DNA of 64,000 bases from Blastocatellia bacterium (GTDB lineage: Bacteria > Acidobacteriota > Blastocatellia > HR10 > J050), in NCBI GenBank assembly GCA_026985075.1, contig JALSQX010000020.1, forward strand, positions 158,966 to 222,965, given 5' to 3'. The position numbers were made by a program, and so were the translations under genes. A model generated the notes under the pieces. That model had not been told where the DNA came from and did not search any database. It saw only the letters and a list, made by a program, of their open reading frames with translations. Positions 18,479 through 28,649 of the stretch are shown piece by piece (position 1 is the stretch's first letter; each line of letters starts with the position of its first letter).

Positions 18479-18550
18479 GTGCTTTGAAATACCTGCTGAC
18501 CGGCTCGATCAGAGCAGCTATGGTAACACGGCGCGACGGCCCAACGCAAA

Positions 18551-18649
18551 AGGCTTTTCTTCGGCCAGCAGCACTTTCCGGAGCTGGTTCGGCCCCGCGA
18601 TTGTGGGAAGAGAGGAAGGCTTTTCTTCGATCAGTGGTGCTTTCCGAGG
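18551..18649. promoter_or_regulatory. Imperfect approximately 32-bp direct repeat pair (period 66 bp) in the divergent region between the membrane gene and the fad gene
   Basis: AAGGCTTTTCTTCGgccAGcagCaCTTTCCGgaG (18551..18582) is matched by AAGGCTTTTCTTCGatcAGtggTgCTTTCCGagG (18617..18649). The second copy abuts a TATAAT at 18658..18663. Confidence 0.4.
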
Positions 18650-18868
18650 GCACTGAGTATAATTCGGAAGTTGTGGGGGAAGCATGCCCGTCAAAGGAGA
18701 CGAGAAGAGGAACTCATCGCGCCCGTCCGCACTTTCCAGATCCCAATCCTTCAACGGCGGGAGACGAGATGGGCGGGATGAATCAGAGGGTGGGGGCCGC
18801 AAAGGGCCCCCCGAAACGATGCATCGCGGATCTGATGCATCAGGCTCGATCCCTCACCTCCGGACGGA

Positions 18869-21004
18869 ATGATGATGGCCAAGACATTTTCATTTGAGAT
18901 CGACAGCCAAGGCCTCGGCATCGTGCGCATCGATAAGCCGGGCGAAAAAGTCAACACTCTCTCCCTCTCGCTCCTCGAAGAGGTCGAGGAGCTTCTGGAG
19001 AGCATCGATCGCCAGCCGAATTTGAAAGCCGTCATCCTCATCAGCGGGAAACCGGATAATTTCATTGCTGGCGCCGACATTCACGACTTCTTGACCTTCA
19101 AGACGGCCGCACAAGCCACCGAGATGAGTCGGCGAGGCCAGGCATTCATCGATCGATTGGCGCGCGCCAAGGTTCCCATCATCGCCGCTATTCATGGGTC
19201 GTGTTTGGGCGGCGGATTGGAGCTGGTGCTGGGATGCCACTATCGCCTCGCCACCGATGATCCCAAGACGGTCCTGGGACTTCCCGAGGTCCAACTCGGC
19301 CTCATTCCCGGTGCCGGCGGTACGCAGCGACTACCCCGGCTCATTGGCCTTCAAGCGGCGCTGGACATGATCCTCACCGGCAAGAACGTCTATCCCCGAA
19401 AAGCGCGACGCCTCGGCCTGGTCGATGAACTCGTCCCGCGCGAAGCTCTGCTCGTCGCGGCCAAACGGAAAGCCCTCCAACTGGCTTCCGGTTGGCGACC
19501 GCGGCGAAAGAAACGCGGTCATCCACTCGTTCGCGCCCTCCTGGAAGGCAATCCCATTGGCCGCGCGGTGATGTTCAGGAAGGCGCGAAACATGGTCCTC
19601 AGCAGGACGAGGGGCCACTATCCCGCTCCGCTCAAGGCCATCGAAGCCATCGGGCGCGGATTGGCCGCCGGTATGGAAAAAGGCCTGGAATGGGAAGCCC
19701 GCTTATTCGGCGAATTGGCCGTCTCACCGGTGGCGCGACAACTGATCAACGTCTTCTTCGCCATCACTGCCACCAAGAAAGACACCGGCGTCAGCGATCC
19801 CCATATTCGGCCCCGGCAGGTGCGAAAACTGGGCATCCTGGGCGCCGGATTCATGGGCTCGGGAATCGCCATGGTCGCTGCTGACAGAGGCATCCCCGTT
19901 CGACTCAAAGACAAGGACGACGAGAGCCTGGGGCGAGGATGGCGAGCTTGTTACGAGTACTTCGCCGAGCGACGGAGGAAAGGCATCCTCGATCGCCAGG
20001 AGATGGAGCAGCGATTCAACCTCATCTCGGGCACGACGGACTATGCGGGTTTCCGCACAGTGGATCTCGTCATCGAGGCCGTGTTCGAAGACCTGGCGGT
20101 GAAACACCGCGTGCTCGCCGAGCTGGAAAAAGCGGCGCGGGAAGACTGCATTTTCGCATCCAACACCTCATCCATTCCCATCACAGAGATCGCTCGTGCG
20201 GCCACGCGGCCGGAGAACGTCATTGGGATGCACTTCTTCTCACCGGTACCCAAGATGCCTTTGCTGGAGATCATTGTCACCGAGCAAACCGACGATTCAG
20301 TGACGGCGACCTGCGTCGCGTTCGGCAAGCGACTCGGCAAGACGGTCATCGTGGTGCGCGATGGGGTGGGATTCTACACCTCGCGCATCCTGGCGCCCTA
20401 CATGAATGAAGCAGCTCACCTGCTGGCCGAAGGAGCGGCCATCGAAGACATCGATCGAGCGATGGTCGAGTGGGGCTTCCCGGTAGGGCCGATCACGCTG
20501 CTGGACGAAGTGGGCATCGATGTGGCCGCCCACGTGGCCAAGATCATGCATCGGGCATTCGGTCAGCGATTGCAGCCACCGGACACCATGGAGCGCATCT
20601 TCGCCGATGGGCGCTACGGGCGCAAGAACAAGCGGGGCTTTTACACCTACGATGGAAAGAAGAAGCGCGTCGACGAGACGGTGTATGATGTGCTTCCCCA
20701 CGGTCGCCAGCGAAAGCGATTTCCCATCCAAGAGATTCAAGAACGCTTGGCGCTGGCCATGGTGAACGAGGCGGCCCTCTGTCTCCAGGAAGGCATCTTG
20801 CGCCAACCGCGCGACGGGGACGTGGGCGCCATTCTGGGATTGGGTTTCCCTCCGTTTCGCGGTGGGCCCTTCCGGTACATTGATGCCATAGGAGTGGGTA
20901 CGATCGTTCAGCGCCTGGAGGCCTGGGCAGAGCGGTTGAATGGGCGATTGGCCCCAGCAGAGATTCTCGTGGACATGGCCAGGGCGGGCCGCACATTTTA
21001 CTGA
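18869..21004 (+). CDS. Fatty-acid oxidation multifunctional enzyme (enoyl-CoA hydratase + 3-hydroxyacyl-CoA dehydrogenase; FadB/FadJ type)
   Basis: The N-terminal crotonase fold (VILISGKPDNFIAGADI) is followed by a Rossmann domain (GILGAGFMGSGIAMVAA) and C-terminal 3HCDH domains. The protein is 711 aa. Confidence 0.85.
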   Translation: MMMAKTFSFEIDSQGLGIVRIDKPGEKVNTLSLSLLEEVEELLESIDRQPNLKAVILISGKPDNFIAGADIHDFLTFKTAAQATEMSRRGQAFIDRLARAKVPIIAAIHGSCLGGGLELVLGCHYRLATDDPKTVLGLPEVQLGLIPGAGGTQRLPRLIGLQAALDMILTGKNVYPRKARRLGLVDELVPREALLVAAKRKALQLASGWRPRRKKRGHPLVRALLEGNPIGRAVMFRKARNMVLSRTRGHYPAPLKAIEAIGRGLAAGMEKGLEWEARLFGELAVSPVARQLINVFFAITATKKDTGVSDPHIRPRQVRKLGILGAGFMGSGIAMVAADRGIPVRLKDKDDESLGRGWRACYEYFAERRRKGILDRQEMEQRFNLISGTTDYAGFRTVDLVIEAVFEDLAVKHRVLAELEKAAREDCIFASNTSSIPITEIARAATRPENVIGMHFFSPVPKMPLLEIIVTEQTDDSVTATCVAFGKRLGKTVIVVRDGVGFYTSRILAPYMNEAAHLLAEGAAIEDIDRAMVEWGFPVGPITLLDEVGIDVAAHVAKIMHRAFGQRLQPPDTMERIFADGRYGRKNKRGFYTYDGKKKRVDETVYDVLPHGRQRKRFPIQEIQERLALAMVNEAALCLQEGILRQPRDGDVGAILGLGFPPFRGGPFRYIDAIGVGTIVQRLEAWAERLNGRLAPAEILVDMARAGRTFY

Positions 21005-21096
21005 ACGTCGTCCCCCGCCAGAGACAAAAGTGCGCAGAGGGCCGGGATGCTGTCGTCACCCATTTGGCGCGCGTTCCGCCCAGCGTTTATAATTGA

Positions 21097-24000
21097 ATGA
21101 GTTTTGTGGCGCTCGGGAAATCTCGAACCACGATGGGAGTGAGCATTCGTCATTGGCTCGAAGAGGCCGCCGAGTTCAAGAAACTGCTTGGTGCGGTCAG
21201 GAAGCCTCATGCGGCGATCACGGTTTCTGGTCTCCTCTCCGAGGGCGGTCAGGCGCTGATCATGGCGGCATTGGCTGTCATGAACCGGAAGCCCATCGCC
21301 TATATTTCCTCAAAAATCGAACTCGAATCGCTGGCCGAAGCGGTGCGCTTCTTTTATCGTCTCATGGAAGCCGATCGAGATGACCGCACGCGCGCGCGCT
21401 CCAACCGTTCATCGGCGGAGGCGCTAACCATCAACGAGACGCCATCCACAGTCACTGATGACGAGCATCGCGTCGTCGTTCTCCCCCCGTTCGATGTCGA
21501 CCCCTATCGCGGCGTCTCGCCCCATCCGGCAACATTGGCGGCACGCGCGCACGCCCTGTATCGATTGAGCCGAGGAGACGTCGCCATCGCCTTGATCTCC
21601 TGGAAGGCGCTTCTTGCGCGCACGCTGCCGCCGGCGCATATGGTTCGATGGGGACGGGAACTCCGGGTGGGCGAGACCTGCGAATTCCAAGAGTTGATCG
21701 CTCTCCTCCCTCGGATCGGGTATCGTCGGGAAGATCCCGTCACGGCGGTAGGCGAATTCAGCGTTCGAGGTGGTATTGTCGACGTTTTCACCACGACGCA
21801 CTCGCGCCCGCTGCGCATCGAATTCTTCGGCGATGATGTCGTTTCGATTCGCGAATTCGATCCTGACACGCAACGCTCGGTGGGTCATCTGGAGCGAGTG
21901 CTATTGGCTCCCTTGACCGAGGCGATCTTCGACCCTCAATGCTTGCGCCAGTGGGCGGACGCGGCGATGACGCGCTGGACAGATCCCCTCTTCCGTCGCG
22001 ACATGAAACTCAAGTGCGGCTTCGCCGAAGCCGGAGAAGCGTTTCAGGGATGGGAATTCCAGATCCCGCTGGTCAAACCGCATCGAGGTACGGCGTTTGA
22101 CTACCTCACCGACGCTCTGCTCCTGGTGGATGAGCCGACGCTCCTTGTGAGCGAGATAAAAAAGTTCATCGAGCACATGAACGCCAAGTATGAAGAAGCG
22201 CGCGAAGCTGGCGAACTGGCATTGGAACCGACGACGTTCTTCTTGACGGCGGATGAGGTCGATGAACGCTTGAAGAGCGCCCGGCGAGTGGAACTCTCGG
22301 TGCTCGGCCATGCCGCACGGGTGGAGGAAGCCCTCCTGGAATCGACAACGTCGATCTCGAGCAGCGAGGATTCAGAGTGCGTTCACGAGATCATGCTCCC
22401 CGCCTCGCCCATGCGACGCTTCCGCGGTCAGATCGAGCATGCCGTCGAAGAGATCAAGAAAGCACAGCGCCAGCAGATGTCCGTGTGGATCATCGCGCAC
22501 TCCAGGGGCATGGCCGAGCGATTGACGGACATGCTGAGCGAGTATGAGGTGACCGTCCTCTCCGAAGCCGACCTCTCGTCGGAGTCGCGGTTCGAAAACG
22601 AGACATCTGAGGCCACTTGGCGAATCGCGAACCGGGGCTCACAAGCCCCAATGCCACCGGCGCACGTCATCATTGGGCCGGTACGGAGGGGATTCGCTTT
22701 GCCCTGGGCCAGACTCCTCCTGCTGGCCGAAGGGGACATCTTCCAGGAAGCGGAGACGCCGGTCGCCAGACCGCGCTCTACGTCCGGCGGCGCCAAGCTC
22801 TCGGCCTTCCTCTCCGATTTCCGCGACCTCAAGCCGGGCGACTACGTGGTTCACATCGATCATGGGATCGGGCGATTCCGCGGGCTGGTTGAACTCGATA
22901 TGAATCGCAACGGAGGCGCGCGCGAATTTCTCCTCCTGGAGTATGCCGAGGGGGCCAAACTCTATGTCCCGGTCGAGCGCCTCGATCTGGTGCAGAAATA
23001 CGCCAACGCCGACGGCACGGCGCCCGCACTCGATCGCCTGGGTGGCACGTCCTGGGAGCGGACCAAAGCGCGCGCGCGTCGGGCGCTACGTGACATGGCC
23101 GAAGATCTGCTCAAACTGTATGCCGAGCGTCAACTGGTCAAAGGGTTCGCCTTCAGTCCGGACTCGCCCTGGCAACGAGAATTCGAGGACGGGTTCGAGT
23201 ACGAGCTGACGCCGGATCAGGAAACGGCCATCGCCGACGTCAAGCGCGATATGGAACAACCGGTTCCTATGGACCGTCTGCTGTGTGGCGACGTGGGATT
23301 CGGAAAGACCGAGGTCGCCATGCGCGCGGCGTTCAAAGCCGTGATGGATGGCAAACAAGTCGCCGTACTCGTGCCGACCACGGTCCTCGCGCATCAGCAT
23401 TTTCAAACGTTCCGGCGACGATTCGCGCCGTTTCCCATCAAGATCGAGATGCTCTCTCGATTCCGGCGATCCCATGAGCAGAAGCGCATCCTCGGCGAGC
23501 TGGCCGATGGCCTGGTCGATATCGTCATTGGCACGCACCGCCTGTTGAGTCGGGATGTTCGGTTTCGCGATCTCGGATTGGTCATCATCGATGAGGAGCA
23601 ACGCTTCGGTGTGGTTCACAAAGAGCGATTGAAACAACTTCGGCGTCAGGTCGATGTGCTCACCCTGACGGCGACGCCCATCCCCCGCACGCTCAGCATG
23701 TCATTGATGGGATTGAAACCGATGTCGGTCATCGAAACGCCGCCGCGGGACCGCATGGCCATTCAGACGATTTTCGCGCCCTTCTCTCCCACGGTGATCA
23801 AGACGGCCATCGAGCGCGAACTGGAGCGCGATGGTCAGGTGTTTTTCATCCACAACCGGGTAGAATCCATCCATATGATCGCCGATCTCATCCGCCGACT
23901 GGTGCCCGGAGTTCGGCTGGGCATAAGCCACGCTCAGATGCCCGCTCGCCAATTGGAACGCGTGATGATGAAATTCATCGACTACGAACTGGATGTGCTC

Positions 24001-24819
24001 GTCTCCACGACAGTCATCGAGAACGGCATCGATATCCCCCGAGCCAACACCATCATCATCAATCACGCCGAGCAATTTGGTCTGGCCGAACTCTATCAAC
24101 TCCGAGGGCGGGTGGGTCGTTCTCATCGTCAGGCCTATGCCTATCTCCTCATTCCTCCGGAACAGTCGCTCACGCCGCTGGCGCGACGGCGATTGGCCGC
24201 TCTGAAAGAATTCTCCGATTTGGGCGCCGGCTTTCGTCTGGCGGCCGCCGATCTGGAATTGCGGGGAGCCGGGAACGTGCTCGGCAGGGAACAATCGGGA
24301 CACATTCGGGCCATCGGATTCGAACTCTATTGCCAAATGCTCGAACGAGCCATTCGCGAACTCCAGGGCGAGGTGATCGAGGAAGAGATCAGCACGCAGA
24401 TCGACCTCGACATCGACATTCGCATTCCCGAATCGTACATTCCGGACATGGGGCAGCGGCTGCGCATCTATAAGTGCATCTCTTCGGCGCCGGATGAGAG
24501 TCGGTTGCAAGAGATTTGCGACGAGCTCCTCGATCGCTACGGGCCTCTGCCCGAGTCCGTTCAGCACCTGCTGGAGTACGCCCGCCTGCGGCGAGAAGCG
24601 ATGGCCCTCGGCGTGCTCTCCATCAGCCGGCAGCGCGGATTGATCCATATTGCCTTCGATCGTCGAGCTCGCGTCGATGGTGAGAAGCTCCTCAAGCTGA
24701 TCAATGAACGAGCGGAGGCCCGATTCACTCCCGACGGTGTGCTGCAATTCCGCCCCCAGGTGTCGGATGGCGTGGATCTGCTCAGGGAATTGAAAAGCTG
24801 CTTGCTGGAATTGCGATGA
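21097..24819 (+). CDS. mfd: Transcription-repair coupling factor Mfd
   Basis: The UvrB-homology N-terminus, the RNAP-interacting region (DYVVHIDHGIGRF), the DEAD/DEAH helicase motifs (LLCGDVGFGKTEVA, DEEQRFG) and the TRCF C-terminal domain are all present. The protein is 1240 aa. Confidence 0.9.
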   Translation: MSFVALGKSRTTMGVSIRHWLEEAAEFKKLLGAVRKPHAAITVSGLLSEGGQALIMAALAVMNRKPIAYISSKIELESLAEAVRFFYRLMEADRDDRTRARSNRSSAEALTINETPSTVTDDEHRVVVLPPFDVDPYRGVSPHPATLAARAHALYRLSRGDVAIALISWKALLARTLPPAHMVRWGRELRVGETCEFQELIALLPRIGYRREDPVTAVGEFSVRGGIVDVFTTTHSRPLRIEFFGDDVVSIREFDPDTQRSVGHLERVLLAPLTEAIFDPQCLRQWADAAMTRWTDPLFRRDMKLKCGFAEAGEAFQGWEFQIPLVKPHRGTAFDYLTDALLLVDEPTLLVSEIKKFIEHMNAKYEEAREAGELALEPTTFFLTADEVDERLKSARRVELSVLGHAARVEEALLESTTSISSSEDSECVHEIMLPASPMRRFRGQIEHAVEEIKKAQRQQMSVWIIAHSRGMAERLTDMLSEYEVTVLSEADLSSESRFENETSEATWRIANRGSQAPMPPAHVIIGPVRRGFALPWARLLLLAEGDIFQEAETPVARPRSTSGGAKLSAFLSDFRDLKPGDYVVHIDHGIGRFRGLVELDMNRNGGAREFLLLEYAEGAKLYVPVERLDLVQKYANADGTAPALDRLGGTSWERTKARARRALRDMAEDLLKLYAERQLVKGFAFSPDSPWQREFEDGFEYELTPDQETAIADVKRDMEQPVPMDRLLCGDVGFGKTEVAMRAAFKAVMDGKQVAVLVPTTVLAHQHFQTFRRRFAPFPIKIEMLSRFRRSHEQKRILGELADGLVDIVIGTHRLLSRDVRFRDLGLVIIDEEQRFGVVHKERLKQLRRQVDVLTLTATPIPRTLSMSLMGLKPMSVIETPPRDRMAIQTIFAPFSPTVIKTAIERELERDGQVFFIHNRVESIHMIADLIRRLVPGVRLGISHAQMPARQLERVMMKFIDYELDVLVSTTVIENGIDIPRANTIIINHAEQFGLAELYQLRGRVGRSHRQAYAYLLIPPEQSLTPLARRRLAALKEFSDLGAGFRLAAADLELRGAGNVLGREQSGHIRAIGFELYCQMLERAIRELQGEVIEEEISTQIDLDIDIRIPESYIPDMGQRLRIYKCISSAPDESRLQEICDELLDRYGPLPESVQHLLEYARLRREAMALGVLSISRQRGLIHIAFDRRARVDGEKLLKLINERAEARFTPDGVLQFRPQVSDGVDLLRELKSCLLELR

Positions 24820-24865
24820 GCAGCGTACAATCAAGATTTGAAATTTCGTCATCACGGTGAGGGAT

Positions 24866-25897
24866 ATGAGAATTCTTTCCACGTGTTGTGCCGTTCTGCT
24901 TCTCTCAGCGGGCACGGCGTTCGCTCAGGAAGAAGCTGTTCTCATCGACGGCGTCTGCGCCCGCGTCAATCAGGATATCATCACGCTCTCGGAGTTTCGT
25001 CGCGCGCAACAGGATCTGCTCACGCAGTTGCGACAGCAATACTCGGGTTCCCAACTGGAAGAAGAATACCAGCGCGCCTCCAAGGAGCTGTTGCAGAACC
25101 TGATCGATACGCAATTGCTGGTGCAGAAAGCCGATGAGCTGGGCATCACTGTCGAGGCGGACATCAACAAGTATCTACTGAACATCGCCAAACAGAACAA
25201 CGTCCCTCCATCCAAAATCGATGAGATGCTCAAGCAAATGGGGTTCGATCCCGATCAGGCGCGACAGATGCTCCGGGTTCAATTCCTGCGTCAGCGCGTC
25301 ATCGCCAGCGAGGTTCATCCGAAGATCTTCCAGAACATCTTCGATAAGGACATCGAAGCCTATTACAAAGAGCACATCATCGACTACACCGAGCCAGCGG
25401 GCGTCAAGTTGAGCGAAATTTTCATCAAGACGGACGGTCGCACACCGGAGGCGGCGCGGCAATTGGCCGAGCAACTCGTCCAGCAACTTCGGGCCGGGGC
25501 CGACTTCGCCGAACTGGCCAAGCAGTATTCGGAGCGCCCCTCGGCCTCCAATGGGGGCCAGTTGGGATGGTTCAATCTCGATCCGCGCCCCGAGCTGGGC
25601 GAAGCGCAGCGAAAGGCCATCGAGGGCAAGCAGGTAGGAGAGGTCACCGATCCCATCGCCTTTCCCGATGGGTTCCTCATTCTTCGCGTCGATGAACGCC
25701 GCGAGAAGAAAGAGAAACCGCTCACGCCCGAACTGCGCCGCGAGATCACGATGAAGATTGCTCAGCAGCGATTGGAACCAGCCGTCCAGGAATACATCGA
25801 ACAACTGCGGAAGGACGCCTATATCGAAATCGTCGGTCCCTGCAAGGCCGATGTGGATGAGGAAACGGACGCGGAGGGGACCACGTCTCAACCGTAG
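24866..25897 (+). CDS. SurA-like periplasmic chaperone / parvulin-type peptidyl-prolyl isomerase
   Basis: A signal peptide (MRILSTCCAVLLLSAGTAFAQ) is followed by a SurA N-terminal chaperone domain and one PpiC parvulin domain (SNGGQLGWF). The ATG at 24866 lies 9 nt inside the track's GTG start. Confidence 0.75.
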   Translation: MRILSTCCAVLLLSAGTAFAQEEAVLIDGVCARVNQDIITLSEFRRAQQDLLTQLRQQYSGSQLEEEYQRASKELLQNLIDTQLLVQKADELGITVEADINKYLLNIAKQNNVPPSKIDEMLKQMGFDPDQARQMLRVQFLRQRVIASEVHPKIFQNIFDKDIEAYYKEHIIDYTEPAGVKLSEIFIKTDGRTPEAARQLAEQLVQQLRAGADFAELAKQYSERPSASNGGQLGWFNLDPRPELGEAQRKAIEGKQVGEVTDPIAFPDGFLILRVDERREKKEKPLTPELRREITMKIAQQRLEPAVQEYIEQLRKDAYIEIVGPCKADVDEETDAEGTTSQP

Positions 25898-25942
25898 TGC
25901 GCGGGCACGAGACGGGGACATCGACCGTCGCACCATCGCTCC

Positions 25943-26812
25943 ATGATGGACGTCACGGCGACAGTGCTGAACAATGCGCGCGAGTATGGCGATTATTGGC
26001 GCCTGCGCGTGAAGATCCCAGCTCATTATGCCGTTCGTCCCGGCCAGTTCGCCATGATTCGCCCAAGCGCCCAGTGGGAGCCGATTCTCCGCCGGGCCAT
26101 GGTGTTTTATCGCGTCGAACATAGGGTGCACGCCCTGGAGGCGGAATTCATTTATCGCGTCATGGGTCGGGGAACGCGCCAACTCGCTCAATTACGCTCT
26201 GGCGATCGACTGGACGTCCTCGGACCTTTGGGCAACGGATTCACCATCGGCGAGCGCCCTGCGGTCGGACGCGATGTGGCGCTCGTCTCCGGAGGCATCG
26301 GCATCCCGGCGCTCTATCTGCTGGCCGCGGAGCTTTGCCAGCGCGGCTTCGTCCCCCGGTTGTTTCACGGCGATCGGACGAGCGACGCCGAACGTGGTCT
26401 CATCTGCGTGGACGATTTCTATGCGTTGCTGGGGCGCGATCACGTGCTCTGTGCTACCGAAGACGGATCATATGGCCAACGGGGAGTGGTGACCGATTTG
26501 CTGGAATCGGCGCTGCAGAGTGGTGCCTGGCGCCCCGTCGCCCTTTATGCCTGTGGTCCGGAGCCGATGATGAAGCGCGTCGCTCAGTTGGCCCTTCAGT
26601 TTCATATCCCGGCCGAACTCTCGCTGGAAGCGGCTATGGCCTGCGGATTCGGCGTCTGTCTGGCCTGCGTGCAACGCGTCCGACTCGATGGCCGAATCAC
26701 CTATGTTCGCGTATGTTGCGAAGGGCCCGTCTTCCGCGCCGAAGACATCGTGTGGGAAGAGCCCGTGGTCGATCGATCTCCCGTCGGAGGAATGCGCAAC
26801 GGAGCCCGATGA
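25943..26812 (+). CDS. pyrK: Dihydroorotate dehydrogenase electron-transfer subunit
   Basis: The FAD/NAD-binding ferredoxin-reductase fold is followed by a C-terminal 2Fe-2S motif ([10 protein letters not shown] ... C). Its stop overlaps the pyrD start (ATGA). Confidence 0.85.
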   Translation: MMDVTATVLNNAREYGDYWRLRVKIPAHYAVRPGQFAMIRPSAQWEPILRRAMVFYRVEHRVHALEAEFIYRVMGRGTRQLAQLRSGDRLDVLGPLGNGFTIGERPAVGRDVALVSGGIGIPALYLLAAELCQRGFVPRLFHGDRTSDAERGLICVDDFYALLGRDHVLCATEDGSYGQRGVVTDLLESALQSGAWRPVALYACGPEPMMKRVAQLALQFHIPAELSLEAAMACGFGVCLACVQRVRLDGRITYVRVCCEGPVFRAEDIVWEEPVVDRSPVGGMRNGAR

Positions 26813-27720
26813 TTGATTTGAGCGTCGACATCGCCGGCATTCACTTCAAGAACCCGGTGCTCGCCGCCAGCGGCACGTTCGGATACGGCCTGGAGTTCGC
26901 CGAGTTGATCGATTTGAATCGGTTGGGCGGTTTCTGTACCAAGGGACTCTCCATCGAACCCCTGGAGGGGAATCCTCCGCCGCGCATCGTGGAAACGCAC
27001 GGTGGCATGCTCAATTCGATCGGCCTGCAGAATATCGGCGTCCGCGCGTTCGTCGAACAGAAGCTCCCTCACCTGCGAAAATACAACACTCGCGTGATCG
27101 CCAACGTATTTGGATTCTCGCCCGAAGAGTATGTGGACGTCGTCCGGGTACTGAATGATGGTGACGGTGTGGCCGCCTACGAGCTGAACATCTCCTGCCC
27201 CAATGTCAAGAAAGGGGGCATGGAGATCGGCAACGATCCCAACGAGGCGGCGCGATTGACCGAAGCGGTGAAACGCGTGGCGCATCGTCCCGTCATCGTC
27301 AAGCTCTCGCCGCATGCGAGAAGTATCGCCGAAGTGGCCCGCGCCGTGGAAGCCGCCGGCGCCGATGCTCTCTCGGTCATGAACACCATCCTGGGCATGT
27401 CGGTGGACATCTATACGCGACGCCCTCGATTAGGGACGGTGATGGGCGGGCTCTCCGGGCCGGCCATCAAACCCATTGCCGTGCGGATGGTCTTTGAAGC
27501 CGCTCGAGCCGTGTCCATTCCGGTCATCGGCATTGGCGGCATCGTCACGGCACAGGATGCGCTGGAATTCATCATCGCCGGCGCCTCGGCCATTCAAGTG
27601 GGAACGGCGAATTACGCCGATCCCGGCGTGACGATCAAAATCATCGATGGATTGACAGCCTATTGTCGTCAGCAGAACATCGCACAGATTCGAACGTTGA
27701 TTGGGACGATTCGCTGCTGA
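26809..27720 (+). CDS. pyrD: Dihydroorotate dehydrogenase (class 1B catalytic subunit)
   Basis: The protein begins [27 protein letters not shown] and has the GGI.T. FMN-binding motifs. The ATG at 26809 sits 5 nt after GGAG. The track ORF (from 26335) is a spurious N-extension through pyrK. Confidence 0.9.
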   Translation: MIDLSVDIAGIHFKNPVLAASGTFGYGLEFAELIDLNRLGGFCTKGLSIEPLEGNPPPRIVETHGGMLNSIGLQNIGVRAFVEQKLPHLRKYNTRVIANVFGFSPEEYVDVVRVLNDGDGVAAYELNISCPNVKKGGMEIGNDPNEAARLTEAVKRVAHRPVIVKLSPHARSIAEVARAVEAAGADALSVMNTILGMSVDIYTRRPRLGTVMGGLSGPAIKPIAVRMVFEAARAVSIPVIGIGGIVTAQDALEFIIAGASAIQVGTANYADPGVTIKIIDGLTAYCRQQNIAQIRTLIGTIRC

Positions 27721-27762
27721 GGCATTGGTCCGGCCCATGAGGAGCACCGCGGAGTATCATCT

Positions 27763-28572
27763 GTGAAGAGGATGCCGCGACAAACCATGATGCCGCGAGA
27801 TCGACTGATCATCGCCCTGGATGTGGAGACGCGCGCCCGAGCGCTGGACCTCGTCGATCAATTGAAGGGGCGAGTGGGGTTGTTCAAGATCGGGAGCCAG
27901 TTGTTCACCGCTGAGGGTCCCGATCTGGTTCGAGCGATCGTCGCCCGCGGCGAGAAGGTCTTTCTCGATCTCAAATTCCACGATATCCCGTCCACGGTGG
28001 CTCGGGCCGGCGTCGAAGCCATGCGATTGGGCGTCGCTCTGTTCAACGTTCATGCTCTCGGTGGCGCGACGATGATGCGCGCCGTGGTCGAGGCGATCAA
28101 AGAAGCCGCCGAGCGCGAGCGCCTGACGCCGCCGCGCATCCTCGCCGTGACCATCCTGACCAGCCTCATGCCGCCTGACTTGAAGCAGATCTTCATCGCC
28201 GAGCGCATCGACCGCGTGGTGACGGGATTGGCGCAATTGGCGGCGGAATCAGGATTGGATGGGGTCGTCTCGTCTCCGCAAGAAGCCCTGCTCATCCGTC
28301 ATGCCGTCAATCGCCCGGATTTCATCATCCTCACGCCGGGCATTCGTCCGCTATGGGCGCAGAAACACGACCAGAAGCGAGTGCTGACGCCAGCCGAAGC
28401 GATCCGGGAAGGCGCCGACTACATCGTCGTCGGTCGCCCCGTCACGGCGAGCGACGATCCGGTCGAGGCCGCCCGGCGGATCGTGAGCGAGATCGAAGCC
28501 GCCGAGCGCGAATCACCCTATCCGCAGGGCCCCTACGCCAAATACTCGTCATTTGGCCCCCGCGACTATTGA
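27763..28572 (+). CDS. pyrF: Orotidine-5'-phosphate decarboxylase
   Basis: It has LIIALD, VGLFKIGSQLF, FLDLKFHDIP and the catalytic Asp-x-Lys-x-x-Asp. The GTG at 27763 has GGAG 8 nt upstream. An ATG at 27772 is the alternative start. Confidence 0.9.
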   Translation: MKRMPRQTMMPRDRLIIALDVETRARALDLVDQLKGRVGLFKIGSQLFTAEGPDLVRAIVARGEKVFLDLKFHDIPSTVARAGVEAMRLGVALFNVHALGGATMMRAVVEAIKEAAERERLTPPRILAVTILTSLMPPDLKQIFIAERIDRVVTGLAQLAAESGLDGVVSSPQEALLIRHAVNRPDFIILTPGIRPLWAQKHDQKRVLTPAEAIREGADYIVVGRPVTASDDPVEAARRIVSEIEAAERESPYPQGPYAKYSSFGPRDY

Positions 28573-28649
28573 GCTTCAGTGGGAAGGCTCTCCCTGGGCT
28601 ATTTTGTCAACCAGGGCACCTGCTGCGTTGAAGAAAGGCACGTATCTCT

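Noticed and set aside
16635-18653. 672-aa minus-strand ORF overlapping the 1203-aa membrane gene
   Set aside because: It is out of frame with, and fully inside, the strongly hydrophobic coding frame. The composition (R/G/A/P-rich) is typical of off-frame translation of GC-rich coding DNA.
26335-26808. N-terminal 158-codon extension of the pyrD ORF
   Set aside because: It reads through pyrK in another frame. The real start is ATG 26809 with a GGAG RBS and a conserved MIDLSV N-terminus.
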